Positions 44,352-58,222 of a stretch of DNA of 64,000 nucleotides are shown here, one piece after another. Under the pieces are notes generated by a model, which was not told the origin of the DNA, did no database searches, and saw only the letters and a list, made by a program, of their open reading frames with translations. The stretch lies in NCBI GenBank assembly GCA_016867265.1, contig VGJW01000008.1:66552-130551 (forward strand). Reading direction: 5' to 3'. The DNA comes from Candidatus Tanganyikabacteria bacterium. Lineage in GTDB: Bacteria; Cyanobacteriota; Sericytochromatia; S15B-MN24; VGJW01. Each line of letters opens with the position of its first letter. The stretch's first letter is position 1. Position numbers and translations under genes: made by a program.

Positions 44352-46661
44352 GTGTCGTCGATCGAAGGCCTCAACCCCTCCCAGCTCCGCGCGGCGACCC
44401 ATCCCGGCGGCCCCCTGCTGGTCCTTGCGGGTGCCGGTGCAGGCAAGACCCGGGTCCTGACCGAGCGCGTGGCCTGGCTGCTTGCCGATGGCCACGCCGA
44501 GCCTTGGCAAATCATGGCCGTGACCTTCACCAACAAGGCGGCCCGCCAGCTTCGTGAACGCATCGGGAGACGCCTGCGCCCCGACCTGCCCGCTGACGAG
44601 GCAGCCCGGGCCTTCCCGTCGATGTGGGTCGGCACCTTCCATGGCCTGTGCGCGCGCCTGCTGCGGACCGAGGCCGACAAGCTGCCCGCGTCTTGGGGCC
44701 CGGGCTTCAGCATCTACGACACGGGCGACCAAGAGCGCGTGATGCGGCAGGTGCTCGAGGCGCAGGAAATTCCTCAGGAACTGCTGACGACCCGGCAGGC
44801 CCTGTCGGCCGTCTCGAACGCAAAGGCCACCGGACGCGACGCCACGACCTTCGCGGCTTCGGCACGCCACCGCATCGAGGACGCCATCGCCCGGGCATGG
44901 ACAGCCTATGACGAGGCACTGGCACGCCAGAACGCCCTCGACTTCGACGACCTGCTGCTCTTGCCGGCCCGCCTCCTGACGGAGCGACCGGACGTGCTGG
45001 CCTATTGGCAGCAGCGTTTTCGCCACATCCTGGTCGACGAATATCAGGACACCAACCAGGCCCAATACCGCCTCATCCAGCTGCTCTCGGGCGGCCACCA
45101 CAACCTGACGGTCGTCGGCGACGTCGACCAGAGCATCTACTCGTTCCGCGCCGCCGACTTCCGCATCCTGCTGCAATTCGAGCAGGACCACCCCGATGCG
45201 ACACGCGTGACGCTCGAGGAGAACTACCGATCCCGCAGCGCCATCCTCGAACTGGCCAACAGCCTGATCGCCCATAACCTCGAACGCTACCCGAAGACCT
45301 TGCGCCCGGTGCGCGAGGGGCAAGCCTCGGTGCAACTCTATTGCGCCAGCGACGAGGCCGACGAGGCGGAGTGGATCGTGACGCGTATCCGGCAGGAAAA
45401 CCTCGATCCGGACGACGTCTGCGTCCTTTACCGCACGCACGCGATGTCCCGGGCGCTGGAAGAGGCCTTCACCCGGGCGGCGCTCGCCTACCGGCTGGTC
45501 GGCGGCATCCGCTACTTCGACCGCAAGGAGGTCCGGGACGCGCTCGCGTGGCTGCGGCTCGCCGTCAATCCTCGCGATGACGCAGCCTTTGTGCGGGCTT
45601 CGGCGGCTCCGCGCCGCGGCCTCGGCGCCGCCACGATCACCCGCCTGCAGGAACATGCCGCCCGACGCGGCATGGCGCTCTGGCCGGCCCTCGCGGAAGG
45701 ACTGCCCGACGAACTCAAGGGAGCGGCGCGCAAGAAGGTACAGGCCTACCTCGAGACCCTCGGGCACGTCGCGGCGGCCGTTCGCGGGCAACCGCCGTCG
45801 ATGGCGATTACCTCGGCACTGGAGCTCAGCGGCCTTGCGGCCGAGCTCGCCGGCGAGGGCGACGACGAAGCGATGATGCGGCTCGAGAACATGCAGGAAC
45901 TGGTTTCACGTGCGGCGGCGATGGAAGAGGCCGGCGAGGCAACTGACCTCGAAGGCTTCCTCGCCACCGTGCCCCTCGCCGGAGCAGACGACGAGCCGGG
46001 TCAGGAAGACGGGCGCGGCAGGGCCACGCTGATGACCCTGCATGCGGCCAAGGGCCTCGAGTACCCCATCGTCTTCCTGATTGGCCTCGAGGAGGGCGTC
46101 TTTCCGCATCAACGGGCGCTCGACGACCCGGCCGCGATGGAGGAAGAGCGTCGCCTGTGCTACGTGGGCGTCACGAGGGCAGAGGACCGATTATTCCTGA
46201 GCTATGCCGAAGGCCGACGGCTGTCGGGCCAGACACGCTGGAACCTGCCGTCAAGGTTCGTGGGCGAGATGCCCCGGGAACTGCTGCCTCGCACCGAGTC
46301 CCGGTGGCTGAGGCGCTCGGTCGAGGCGTGGGATGCCCGGACCCGGCGCGAGCAGGCCGTCCGCTGGATGGACGACACTCCTGCAGTCGCCCCCGGGGAT
46401 GAGCCCCCGGTGCCCGAAGGTCGCAACCGCTTCACGCGGCCGACCGAGCGCATCCGCGACGAAGAGATCGTCTGGAGCCAGGACCTGGACTTGGCGCTGC
46501 CCGATTACAACGAAGGGGACCGCGTCATCCATCCGCGCTTCGGGGAGGGCACGGTGACTGGCGTGCACGAGCGGCGGGGCCAGATAGACCTGACGGTCGA
46601 GTTCGTCCGCTTCGGCAGCAAGACGCTTGACGCCCGGCACGCGGGTCTGACGCGGCCCTAG
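44352..46661 (+). CDS. pcrA: UvrD/PcrA ATP-dependent DNA helicase
   Basis: AGAGAGKT, VTFTNKAA, LVDEYQD, VGDVDQSIYSFR, LEENYRS, TLHAAKGLE, EERRLCYVGVTRA, C-terminal Tudor HPRFGEG. Confidence 0.95.
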   Translation: MSSIEGLNPSQLRAATHPGGPLLVLAGAGAGKTRVLTERVAWLLADGHAEPWQIMAVTFTNKAARQLRERIGRRLRPDLPADEAARAFPSMWVGTFHGLCARLLRTEADKLPASWGPGFSIYDTGDQERVMRQVLEAQEIPQELLTTRQALSAVSNAKATGRDATTFAASARHRIEDAIARAWTAYDEALARQNALDFDDLLLLPARLLTERPDVLAYWQQRFRHILVDEYQDTNQAQYRLIQLLSGGHHNLTVVGDVDQSIYSFRAADFRILLQFEQDHPDATRVTLEENYRSRSAILELANSLIAHNLERYPKTLRPVREGQASVQLYCASDEADEAEWIVTRIRQENLDPDDVCVLYRTHAMSRALEEAFTRAALAYRLVGGIRYFDRKEVRDALAWLRLAVNPRDDAAFVRASAAPRRGLGAATITRLQEHAARRGMALWPALAEGLPDELKGAARKKVQAYLETLGHVAAAVRGQPPSMAITSALELSGLAAELAGEGDDEAMMRLENMQELVSRAAAMEEAGEATDLEGFLATVPLAGADDEPGQEDGRGRATLMTLHAAKGLEYPIVFLIGLEEGVFPHQRALDDPAAMEEERRLCYVGVTRAEDRLFLSYAEGRRLSGQTRWNLPSRFVGEMPRELLPRTESRWLRRSVEAWDARTRREQAVRWMDDTPAVAPGDEPPVPEGRNRFTRPTERIRDEEIVWSQDLDLALPDYNEGDRVIHPRFGEGTVTGVHERRGQIDLTVEFVRFGSKTLDARHAGLTRP

Positions 46662-47200
46662 AACCCGAGGCGGGACCAGAAGCCCTTGCGGGCCGCGAGG
46701 TTCTCTCCCTTGACCCGGGCACCCTGCATCGTTTCGGCCACGGCGTCGATGATGTCCTCGTCGACCTTGGCCCTGTGAAGCAGCGTGAAGACGCGGTCGA
46801 TGCGCTCGTTGGTGCCGGACAGGCGCTCGGCCAGCGTGCGAACGACCTGCAGCAGGATCGCGGGGTTCTTGGCCAGCAGGGACTCGAAGTTCCGATAGAC
46901 GGTGAACGAACACGGCGTCAGCGCCCGGACCGTCGCAGACCGGGGCTTGCGCAGCAGGGCCCCGACCTCGCCGAGGACCGCACCGGGCCCCTTGACCACG
47001 GCCACGCGCTCGTCGCCGACCAGGACCTCGACCTCACCTTCGTCCAGCACGATGACGTCGAAGCTCGATTCGCCGTCCTTGAAGACCGGCTTGCCGGGGC
47101 CGCAGGTCCAATGGCGGGGGGGCGTGATGGCATCGGGGGCGGTGCCCTTGCCCGGGGCGGGGCGATCCCAACCCGGCGATTTCTTGGCGTCCTCGGTCAT
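46658..47200 (-). CDS. Stand-alone cyclic-nucleotide-binding domain protein
   Basis: VFKDGE, LDEGEVEV, GAVLGEVGALL..PRSATVRA; no HTH. Confidence 0.82.
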   Translation of the reverse strand: MTEDAKKSPGWDRPAPGKGTAPDAITPPRHWTCGPGKPVFKDGESSFDVIVLDEGEVEVLVGDERVAVVKGPGAVLGEVGALLRKPRSATVRALTPCSFTVYRNFESLLAKNPAILLQVVRTLAERLSGTNERIDRVFTLLHRAKVDEDIIDAVAETMQGARVKGENLAARKGFWSRLGF

Positions 47201-47403
47201 CTCAACCTCCGTGGGGGTTTCCTCCCGCGCACGGCCACAAGAACCGGCCTTGACCCCCTGCTTGAATCTTTCGTACCATACCCTTTCAGTCACCCTTTGT
47301 CGTCTCTTTTCCAAACCTTGGTTCACCGAGGCAACGGTCGACGTCGCGGCGACGCCCCGGAAACGGCAAGCGCGCCCTCCCAGCAAGGAAGGTTCCCGAA
47401 CCC

Positions 47404-49530
47404 ATGGCTCCAGACCAGATCTTTCACCTGATCACGTGGTTCTCCATCGCGGCATCGCTGGCCGCCCTCGTGGTCGCAGGCGGCCTGACCGGCTGGGTCC
47501 TCAAGCAGCCCGCAGGCAATGCCCGGATGCAGGAAATCGCCGGAGCCATCCAGGAAGGTGCCGCCGCCTACCTCAATCGCCAGTACACGACCATCGCCGG
47601 CGTGTCGGTCGTGCTGGCCGCGCTGATCTTCTTCTTCTTCCGCACCCCGGAAGACACGATGCACGGCCTCGTGCCGGCACTCGGCTTCGTCGTCGGCGCC
47701 GTCTTCTCGGGCTTCGCCGGCTACGCGGGCATGAACATCTCGGTCCGTGCCAACGTCCGCACGACGGCAGCCGCCGAACGCGGCCTCCCGCAGGCCCTCG
47801 ACGTGGCCTTCCGCGGGGGCGCCGTCACGGGCTTCGCCATCGTCGGCCTGGGCCTGCTGGGCGTCGCAGCCTTCTTCATGTGGCTGTTCCCGACGGACCT
47901 GGCCGCCGAGGCCGCGAGCCACAACCGCGAGTTGTTCAACCTTGCCCTCGAGGGCATGGGTTTCGGCGCCAGCTTGATCTCGCTGTTCGCCCGCGTGGGC
48001 GGCGGCATCTTCACCAAGGCTGCCGACGTCGGCGGAGACCTCGTCGGCAAGGTCGAGGCAGGCATCCCCGAGGACGACCCCCGCAACCCGGCCACCATCG
48101 CCGACAACGTCGGTGACAACGTCGGCGACTGTGCCGGCATGGGCGCGGACCTCTTCGAGACCTACGTCGTCACGATGATCGCCGGCATGCTGCTCGGCCA
48201 GTTCGCCTTCCCCGGCAGCGCTCAGGGCGTGCTCCTGCCCCTGGCGCTCGGTGCCGCCGCCATCGTGGCGTCGATCATCGGTTCGTTCTTCGTCCGCCTG
48301 AGCGCGAGCGAGAACATCATGGGCGCCCTCTACAAGGGCCTCTTCGCCACCACGGCCGTCGCCGTCGGCCTGTTCTACTACCTGGTCGAAAAGGTCATGG
48401 GCGAGAACGCGATGCCGTTCTTCTGGGCCGGTTCGATCGGCCTCGCGGTCATGGTGCTGATCACGCTGATCACCGAGTACTACACCTCGACGAACTTCCG
48501 GCCTGTCAAGGTCATCGCCGAGGCGTCCCAGACCGGTCCCGCGACGAACATCATCTCGGGCCTCGCCGTCGGCATGGAGTCCACGGCCGTGCCTATCGTG
48601 ATCATCATCGCCGGTATCGCCGGTTCGTTCTTCATGACCCAGGGCCTCGCGACCGAGGGTGTCGAGACCGTCATCATGGGTGCCTACGGCATCGCCATTG
48701 CCGCTGTCGGCATGCTGTCGACCGCAGGCATGGTCGTTGCCATCGACTCGTACGGTCCCATCACGGACAACGCCGGTGGCATCGCCGAGATGAGCGAGCT
48801 GCCCGGCACCGTCCGTGAAATCACGGACAAGCTGGACGCCGTGGGCAACACCACCAAGGCCGTGACCAAGGGCTACGCCATCGGTTCCGCCGGTCTCGGC
48901 GCCCTAGCCCTGTTCATCACCTTCACCAAGAAGGTCGATGGCTTCGAGAACCTGAAGGGCATCGTCTACACGCTGCAGGACCCGATGATCATCATCGGTC
49001 TGTTCCTGGGCGGCATGCTGCCCTTCCTGGCTTCCTCGATGTTCATGAATGCCGTGGGCAAGGCGGCGCAGGCCGTCATCGTCGAAGTCCGTCGCCAGTT
49101 CCGCGAGATGCCCGGCATCATGGACCGGACGCAGAAGCCCGACTACGGCAAGGCCGTCGACTTGGTCACCCGTGCAGCCATCCGCGAGATGCTGCTGCCC
49201 GGCGCCATGGCCGTCCTGGCACCCGTCGTCGCTGCATTCGTCGGCATCAAGCTGCTGGCCGGCATGCTGTCCGGAGCCATCCTGACGGGCATGCTGATGG
49301 CGCTGATGATGGCCACCGGTGGCGGTGCGTGGGACAACGCCAAGAAGTACATCGAGCTCGGCAGCTTCGGCGGCAAGGGTTCCGATGCGCACAAGGCAGC
49401 CGTCGTCGGCGACACGGTCGGTGATCCCTTCAAGGACACCGCGGGTCCCGCGCTCAACCCGATGATCAAGATCCTGAACATCGTGGCGCTGCTCGTGGTG
49501 ACGGCGTTCGCCACCCAGCTGCACCCGTAG
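47404..49530 (+). CDS. hppA: Membrane-bound H+-translocating pyrophosphatase, K+-independent type
   Basis: [46 protein letters not shown] (Lys variant), [11 protein letters not shown]. Confidence 0.95.
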   Translation: MAPDQIFHLITWFSIAASLAALVVAGGLTGWVLKQPAGNARMQEIAGAIQEGAAAYLNRQYTTIAGVSVVLAALIFFFFRTPEDTMHGLVPALGFVVGAVFSGFAGYAGMNISVRANVRTTAAAERGLPQALDVAFRGGAVTGFAIVGLGLLGVAAFFMWLFPTDLAAEAASHNRELFNLALEGMGFGASLISLFARVGGGIFTKAADVGGDLVGKVEAGIPEDDPRNPATIADNVGDNVGDCAGMGADLFETYVVTMIAGMLLGQFAFPGSAQGVLLPLALGAAAIVASIIGSFFVRLSASENIMGALYKGLFATTAVAVGLFYYLVEKVMGENAMPFFWAGSIGLAVMVLITLITEYYTSTNFRPVKVIAEASQTGPATNIISGLAVGMESTAVPIVIIIAGIAGSFFMTQGLATEGVETVIMGAYGIAIAAVGMLSTAGMVVAIDSYGPITDNAGGIAEMSELPGTVREITDKLDAVGNTTKAVTKGYAIGSAGLGALALFITFTKKVDGFENLKGIVYTLQDPMIIIGLFLGGMLPFLASSMFMNAVGKAAQAVIVEVRRQFREMPGIMDRTQKPDYGKAVDLVTRAAIREMLLPGAMAVLAPVVAAFVGIKLLAGMLSGAILTGMLMALMMATGGGAWDNAKKYIELGSFGGKGSDAHKAAVVGDTVGDPFKDTAGPALNPMIKILNIVALLVVTAFATQLHP

Positions 49531-49545
49531 CCCGGGTCACAACCG

Positions 49546-49584
49546 ACAGCCCCGGGGCGCCGACATCGGCCCCCGGGGCTGTTT
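49546..49584 (+). terminator. Intrinsic terminator after hppA
   Basis: acagccccgggg...ccccggggctgt stem ending in a short TTT. Confidence 0.7.
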
Positions 49585-49698
49585 GCGTGCAGGCAGGGTA
49601 CGACATGGGCACGCCACCTCGTGGCTGATCGAGTGCAAGGTTTCCTGCTCAGGAAGCGGCAAGCTGCACCCCGTCTCCGACGATAGACACAACGGACC

Positions 49699-50823
49699 AT
49701 GGACACGACCATCCGCCACCGCACGCCCCCTGCCCAGGCAGGGAAGACTGCGGTTGCGGGGCTTGCGGCGCCGCCAAGGGCCATCAAGCGCGACGAACGT
49801 CCGGGTACGGTGGATGCGCGGGTGCTGTCCGCACCGGCCAGCCGCGCCGAGGAACAGGCCTTGATGGCCGCCGGCTGGCTGCCATCCGAATATGCCCAGG
49901 CCCGCGGCCGCAGCAGGGCCGCTGCCGAAGCCCTCGCGATGCGTCCGGGCGCGCCGGCTCGGTCCATGAGCTACACGGACCGTGAAGTCATGCTGAAGGG
50001 TGCCCGAACGCTCGCCGGTACGCCGGAACTTCAGGAGCTGGCCCGGACCGTCCGCAAGGGAGACATCGTCCTGACGGCCGAGTTCCTGCCCGGCGACCCG
50101 GTCACGGGCATGACCGGAGGTCCCTACAACCACGCCATGATTTGCGTGAAGGAAGGCCCCCAGCCCGAGTTCATCGAGGCCATCGGCGTGACGGGGGGCA
50201 AGGGCGACCCGACGGGGAATCGGGTACGGCAGTCACGCATCCAGGACTATGCCATTCGCCACATCGCCTTCCGCATCCTGCGTCCTGCCGACGCGCTCCC
50301 CCCGGCCCAGAGAGAGGCCGCCGTCTCGCGGGCTGTCGACTACGCCCGACAGCAGTTGGGGCGGCCCTACGACTATGCCTTCACGAATCTCGACCACGGC
50401 AAAGGCGGGGAGAAGGCGTTCTATTGCAGCGAGTTGGTCTACATGGCGTGGGCATCCAAGGCCGGAGCCGGCGTACGGATGCCCGTGGCGCGTGACGCCT
50501 CGCTCAACGGCGGCATGCGCGCCGTCCACGCCGTGCTCGACGCGGCAGGTCCCGTGCGTCCCAACGAAACCCTGCGTCCCATCGTTCGTCAGGTCATGGA
50601 CGGAAGACATCCCCTCGCCATCATCCAGAGCGCCCTTGGCAGCTTCCTGCCCAAGCTGCGTGGCCCAGACCTGAAGGCACTGGGCGAGGATCTGCTGGCC
50701 AAGGCCACCGGTCGGACGCCCGACCTGCGATTCGTTTCGCCCACCGACCTCGCCTGGGGCGGCCTGCCCGTGATGGACTTCAACACCAAGGGCCGGGCCA
50801 TGGACCCGACCACACGGCGCTGA
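49699..50823 (+). CDS. Permuted papain-like NlpC/P60 (YiiX/YebB family) hydrolase, no signal peptide
   Basis: GDIVL, YNHAMI, QLGRPYDY, FYCSELV, VSPTDL. Confidence 0.85.
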   Translation: MDTTIRHRTPPAQAGKTAVAGLAAPPRAIKRDERPGTVDARVLSAPASRAEEQALMAAGWLPSEYAQARGRSRAAAEALAMRPGAPARSMSYTDREVMLKGARTLAGTPELQELARTVRKGDIVLTAEFLPGDPVTGMTGGPYNHAMICVKEGPQPEFIEAIGVTGGKGDPTGNRVRQSRIQDYAIRHIAFRILRPADALPPAQREAAVSRAVDYARQQLGRPYDYAFTNLDHGKGGEKAFYCSELVYMAWASKAGAGVRMPVARDASLNGGMRAVHAVLDAAGPVRPNETLRPIVRQVMDGRHPLAIIQSALGSFLPKLRGPDLKALGEDLLAKATGRTPDLRFVSPTDLAWGGLPVMDFNTKGRAMDPTTRR

Positions 50824-50900
50824 TTCAGGCTCGCCGTCAGGCGGGCGGGCCTGTGTGTCCGAGACACGGCCAGCCGGCCTTGCCGGCCGAGACCAGGCCT

Positions 50901-51614
50901 TCAGCCCTGGAACATCTTGGCTTCGACGGTCTTGCGGAAATCCGGCTTGAGCAGCTTGTCGTACATCTCGCCGGCAAGGATGCCGACGCCAGCTCCGACC
51001 AGCATGCCGATGAGCGTCCCCGCGACCGGCACGATGGAACCCACGAGCCCACCAATGGCAGTGCCCAGCGAACCTGCGACGGTATAGCCGATACCATCCG
51101 CGACCGTTCCGGCCAGCATCTGGTTCTGGGTGATCTGGCCTTTGCGCATGTCGATGAAGTTCTGCACGAAGGCCAACGGGAAGCTGATGAGCGCCCCGAG
51201 CTTGAGACTGCGGAACAGGTTCATCGGGTTCAGGGCCTGGCCGAGCGCCGCCCCGAAGGTCGGCTTGAGGCCCTTGATACCATCGACCGATGCCTTGAGC
51301 ATCAAGCCGGCATCTGCAGAGCGCGCCACAGCGGAGGCCGCGGCACGATTCATCATCTCGGGCACCATGCGCACCGGCGCCACGGCACCGATGACGTTCA
51401 GCGTATGCGCCCCGGGCCGGGCCATCGGGTCGACCGGAGAGGCCGCAGGCGCGGGAGAAGCCATGGGCATCGACGGGCCAGGCACGAAACGGTCGGGCTG
51501 CTGAACCGGCGCAGGCTGTGGCATCTGGCCGGGCTGGGGTACGGGGGCCAGCACCGGAGGCGTGGGCACGACGCTGGCAGCGGACCAAGGAGAGACGGCA
51601 GGGACCATCGTCAT
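50901..51614 (-). CDS. Glycine-zipper membrane-domain protein (paralog 2)
   Basis: QNFIDMRKG...TVADGIGYTVAGSLGTAIGGLVGSIVPVAGTLIGMLVG...MYDKLLKP. Confidence 0.82.
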   Translation of the reverse strand: MTMVPAVSPWSAASVVPTPPVLAPVPQPGQMPQPAPVQQPDRFVPGPSMPMASPAPAASPVDPMARPGAHTLNVIGAVAPVRMVPEMMNRAAASAVARSADAGLMLKASVDGIKGLKPTFGAALGQALNPMNLFRSLKLGALISFPLAFVQNFIDMRKGQITQNQMLAGTVADGIGYTVAGSLGTAIGGLVGSIVPVAGTLIGMLVGAGVGILAGEMYDKLLKPDFRKTVEAKMFQG

Positions 51615-51640
51615 CGGGAGGACCTCGGGCAGCTGGACAC

Positions 51641-51690
51641 GGTAACGAGGGGATTGTCCGAGAAGATGACTGTCGCTCGGTAAACCTGCG
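51641..51690 (-). promoter_or_regulatory. Conserved 50-bp upstream element, copy 2
   Basis: CGCAGGTTTACCG-N18-GGACAA-N5-TCGTTACC. Confidence 0.75.
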
Positions 51691-51697
51691 CCATGGA

Positions 51698-52534
51698 TCA
51701 GGTAAAGCTTTGCGTCGGATCCAGCGCGGCAGCGCGCATCGGATCCTCCGGCAACAGGAACATGTAGCCGACCCCGGGGATGTTACGCAGGCGCGGTGGC
51801 TCACCCGGGTATCGCTCCAGCTTGGCCCGGAGATTACGGATATGATTCCGGACCGCCTCCGGGCTGCCCTGCCCGGAGGCGTGGCCCAAACCCTCGGCCA
51901 ACAGGCGCGGCATGGGCACCACCTGACCTGGCGTCTCGAGCAGGCACTCGAGCAACGCGGCCTCGAGGGGCGTCAGATGGATGCGGCGGCCCTCCTCGCA
52001 CCATTCCGCCCGATCCAGATCCAGTACCGCGCTACCCAGGGATAGGACGCCACCGCGTCGCTGATCCGTGCCGGCGTGGCGCAGACGAGCTTGCAGACGC
52101 AGGAAAAGTTCCGCCACCTCGAACGGCGGAAGCACGACATCCGTGGCACCCTCGGCCAGCCACGCCGCACGATCGCCCGGGATGGCCATCGGCGCCAGAA
52201 GAATGACCGGTGCTCCTCGAAACGCGCCACGTCCGTCCAGGCACCAATGCGCGAGGGGCGGTCGGGGCCACAAGGCGAGGTCCAGGATGATGCCGCCATG
52301 GGGACCGTGCGGCAGCAGTCCCTCGAGCTCCCCGCGGGAGCGAATGGGACGAAGGGGCGTGCGAGCATCTGGCCACATCGCCAGCAAGAGGCGCTCGAGC
52401 CCACCATCGCCAAGGGCCAGCAGAATCTCCCTGCGGGAAGCAGAACGTCTCAGAGGGCACCTCCTTCGAGTCGGGACGCCTTCTGTATCCCCTTGGGTGT
52501 CACGGCATCCTTGGACGTTCCACACAGGATCCAC
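51698..52534 (-). CDS. Atypical OmpR-family response regulator (degenerate receiver; start uncertain)
   Basis: IILDL, GATDVVLPPFEVAEL, HLTPLEAALL, VRNHIRNLRAKLE, IPGVGY. Confidence 0.78.
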   Translation of the reverse strand: MDPVWNVQGCRDTQGDTEGVPTRRRCPLRRSASRREILLALGDGGLERLLLAMWPDARTPLRPIRSRGELEGLLPHGPHGGIILDLALWPRPPLAHWCLDGRGAFRGAPVILLAPMAIPGDRAAWLAEGATDVVLPPFEVAELFLRLQARLRHAGTDQRRGGVLSLGSAVLDLDRAEWCEEGRRIHLTPLEAALLECLLETPGQVVPMPRLLAEGLGHASGQGSPEAVRNHIRNLRAKLERYPGEPPRLRNIPGVGYMFLLPEDPMRAAALDPTQSFT

Positions 52535-52606
52535 AGGCCATGCTGATGGTCCGGCGCTGCCCTGCTTGGCACACTCGGCTCATCGCAAGCGCAGGAGGAG
52601 ACAACG

Positions 52607-53341
52607 ATGGAACTCTGGAGCCTCGGGGACTCGGAACACGTAGGGCGGGCCCTCGCAGAGGCCGCCCGGCGACGCGGGTGGACCATCAACCGCCTCGAGG
52701 GATGGCATGATCTGGGACAACTGATGAGCGATGGCCCACGGACAAGACTTGGCCACGTCCATCTCGACGGAGACGGCCTGGAACAGGGCACACGTCTGGC
52801 CGCAACCCTTCGGGCCGGGTCGGCACGGCTGGGTCCCGTGCTCGTCACGCTCGACCACGAGGGCGCGAGGGCCCGGCACCTGGCCTGGGCAACCGGCTGC
52901 TCCGAGGTGCTGGTCGCACCCTTGGACCAGCGGGAACTCGACCTCCGCCTCGAGGCCCTCGCCCGCCGTGCGCTGCGCCAGAAGCCACGCGCGCTACCCT
53001 TGGACGAGCGCACCGTGCCTTCGTGGATACGGGTCGAGGACAGCCACGTGCGCCTGACGCCATCCGAGGCGGCCATCCTGCACTACCTGGCCAGGCGCCC
53101 GGGCAGGGCCATTGGTGCCCACGAGCTTCTTGCAACCGCCATGGGCTATGCCCCCGGCGAGGGTCACCCAGACATCATCCGCACCCACATGCGTCGCCTG
53201 CGCGGCAAGCTCGGGGCGTGCCGCGCAGCCATCGTGACACGCGCCGGCCACGGCTACCGCTGGGAGGGAAGCGAGGGCCTGCAAATACAGGACGGCCTTC
53301 CCCGGATCCAGAGACCGGGAAAGGCCGACCTTACAGCTTGA
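52607..53341 (+). CDS. Atypical OmpR-family response regulator (degenerate receiver)
   Basis: AGGAGG RBS; GCSEVLVAPLDQREL, RLTPSEAAIL, IRTHMRRLRGKL, AGHGYRW. Confidence 0.8.
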   Translation: MELWSLGDSEHVGRALAEAARRRGWTINRLEGWHDLGQLMSDGPRTRLGHVHLDGDGLEQGTRLAATLRAGSARLGPVLVTLDHEGARARHLAWATGCSEVLVAPLDQRELDLRLEALARRALRQKPRALPLDERTVPSWIRVEDSHVRLTPSEAAILHYLARRPGRAIGAHELLATAMGYAPGEGHPDIIRTHMRRLRGKLGACRAAIVTRAGHGYRWEGSEGLQIQDGLPRIQRPGKADLTA

Positions 53342-53348
53342 GGCGGGT

Positions 53349-53768
53349 TCAGGCCTGCGGACGCAGCTTGAGGCGACGTCCGCCCAGGACCTCGACCGCA
53401 CGAAGACGGATAAGGGCGCGGGCCAAAGCAGCCTCGCCCTCGGTCGTCCGGGTCCGATCGATCTCGAGCTCAGCACGCTTGCGCGCCTCCTCGGCGCGCA
53501 GCTTGTCGATATCCTCGGCACGCTCGGCAGCGGGCGTCAGGACGGTAACCCGCCCGGGAGCCACTTCGAGGAAGCCGCCCATGACCGCGAGCACCATCTC
53601 GTCGGCACCCTTGCGGGCGACCACGACATCACTCCGCAGGGACGTGAACAAGGGGGCGTGACCGGGGAGAACCCCCAGCTCGCCCTCGAGCGCACGCGCC
53701 GAAACGAAATCGACCTCCTCGGAGAGCACGGTGCGCTCCGGGGTAATCACATCCAAGGTGAGCGGCAT
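53349..53768 (-). CDS. atpC: ATP synthase F1 epsilon
   Basis: LDVITPE, GELGVLPGHAP, GGFLEV. Confidence 0.95.
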   Translation of the reverse strand: MPLTLDVITPERTVLSEEVDFVSARALEGELGVLPGHAPLFTSLRSDVVVARKGADEMVLAVMGGFLEVAPGRVTVLTPAAERAEDIDKLRAEEARKRAELEIDRTRTTEGEAALARALIRLRAVEVLGGRRLKLRPQA

Positions 53769-53779
53769 GTCGGAATGAC

Positions 53780-56106
<2,327 letters not shown>

Positions 56107-56116
56107 GAGCTTCCCC

Positions 56117-57640
<1,524 letters not shown>

Positions 57641-57685
57641 ATGCGGAACGTCTCCTCTGGGTGGGGGAAGGCTGTCGGGAAAGGG

Positions 57686-58222
57686 TCAGGGGCGAAGCAG
57701 CTGCTGCTTCAGGGTGTCGAGGCGCGCGCGCAGGCTGCCATCCAGCACCTCGTCGTCGACACGAAGGCACGCACCGGCGACCAACTGCTCATCGACGACG
57801 ATATCCAGCTCGACCTGCTTCTGCCACGAGGACTCGAGGCGGGCGCGCAAGCGGGAAACAGCCTCCTCGCCGGGATGCCGGGCGACGCGGAGGTGCGCCG
57901 TGGTCCGACGCGCGCTCTGGGCCACCAGCTGGTGGAACCGGGCCTGGATGGCCTCGAGCAGGGTGCCACGGCCCCTGTCCTGCAACAACTGCAAGAAGTT
58001 CAAGGTGATGCCGTCGACCTTGCCCGTGAAGATGCGGCGAACCATCTCGGTCTTGTCCGCCTTGGCCACCAGAGGATGCTCGAGCAGCTGCCGGAGACTC
58101 TGACTCTCGGCAACGGCCTGAGTAGCCAGCCCGAGGTCCTTGTCGACGGTGTCGAGAAGATCCTTGGCCTTCGCGAGGCGGAACAGGGCCTCGGCGTAGC
58201 GGTTGGCGATGACCTGACTCAT
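57686..58222 (-). CDS. atpH: ATP synthase F1 delta
   Basis: IANRYAEALF, NFLQLL, LDGSLRARL; operon position. Confidence 0.92.
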   Translation of the reverse strand: MSQVIANRYAEALFRLAKAKDLLDTVDKDLGLATQAVAESQSLRQLLEHPLVAKADKTEMVRRIFTGKVDGITLNFLQLLQDRGRGTLLEAIQARFHQLVAQSARRTTAHLRVARHPGEEAVSRLRARLESSWQKQVELDIVVDEQLVAGACLRVDDEVLDGSLRARLDTLKQQLLRP

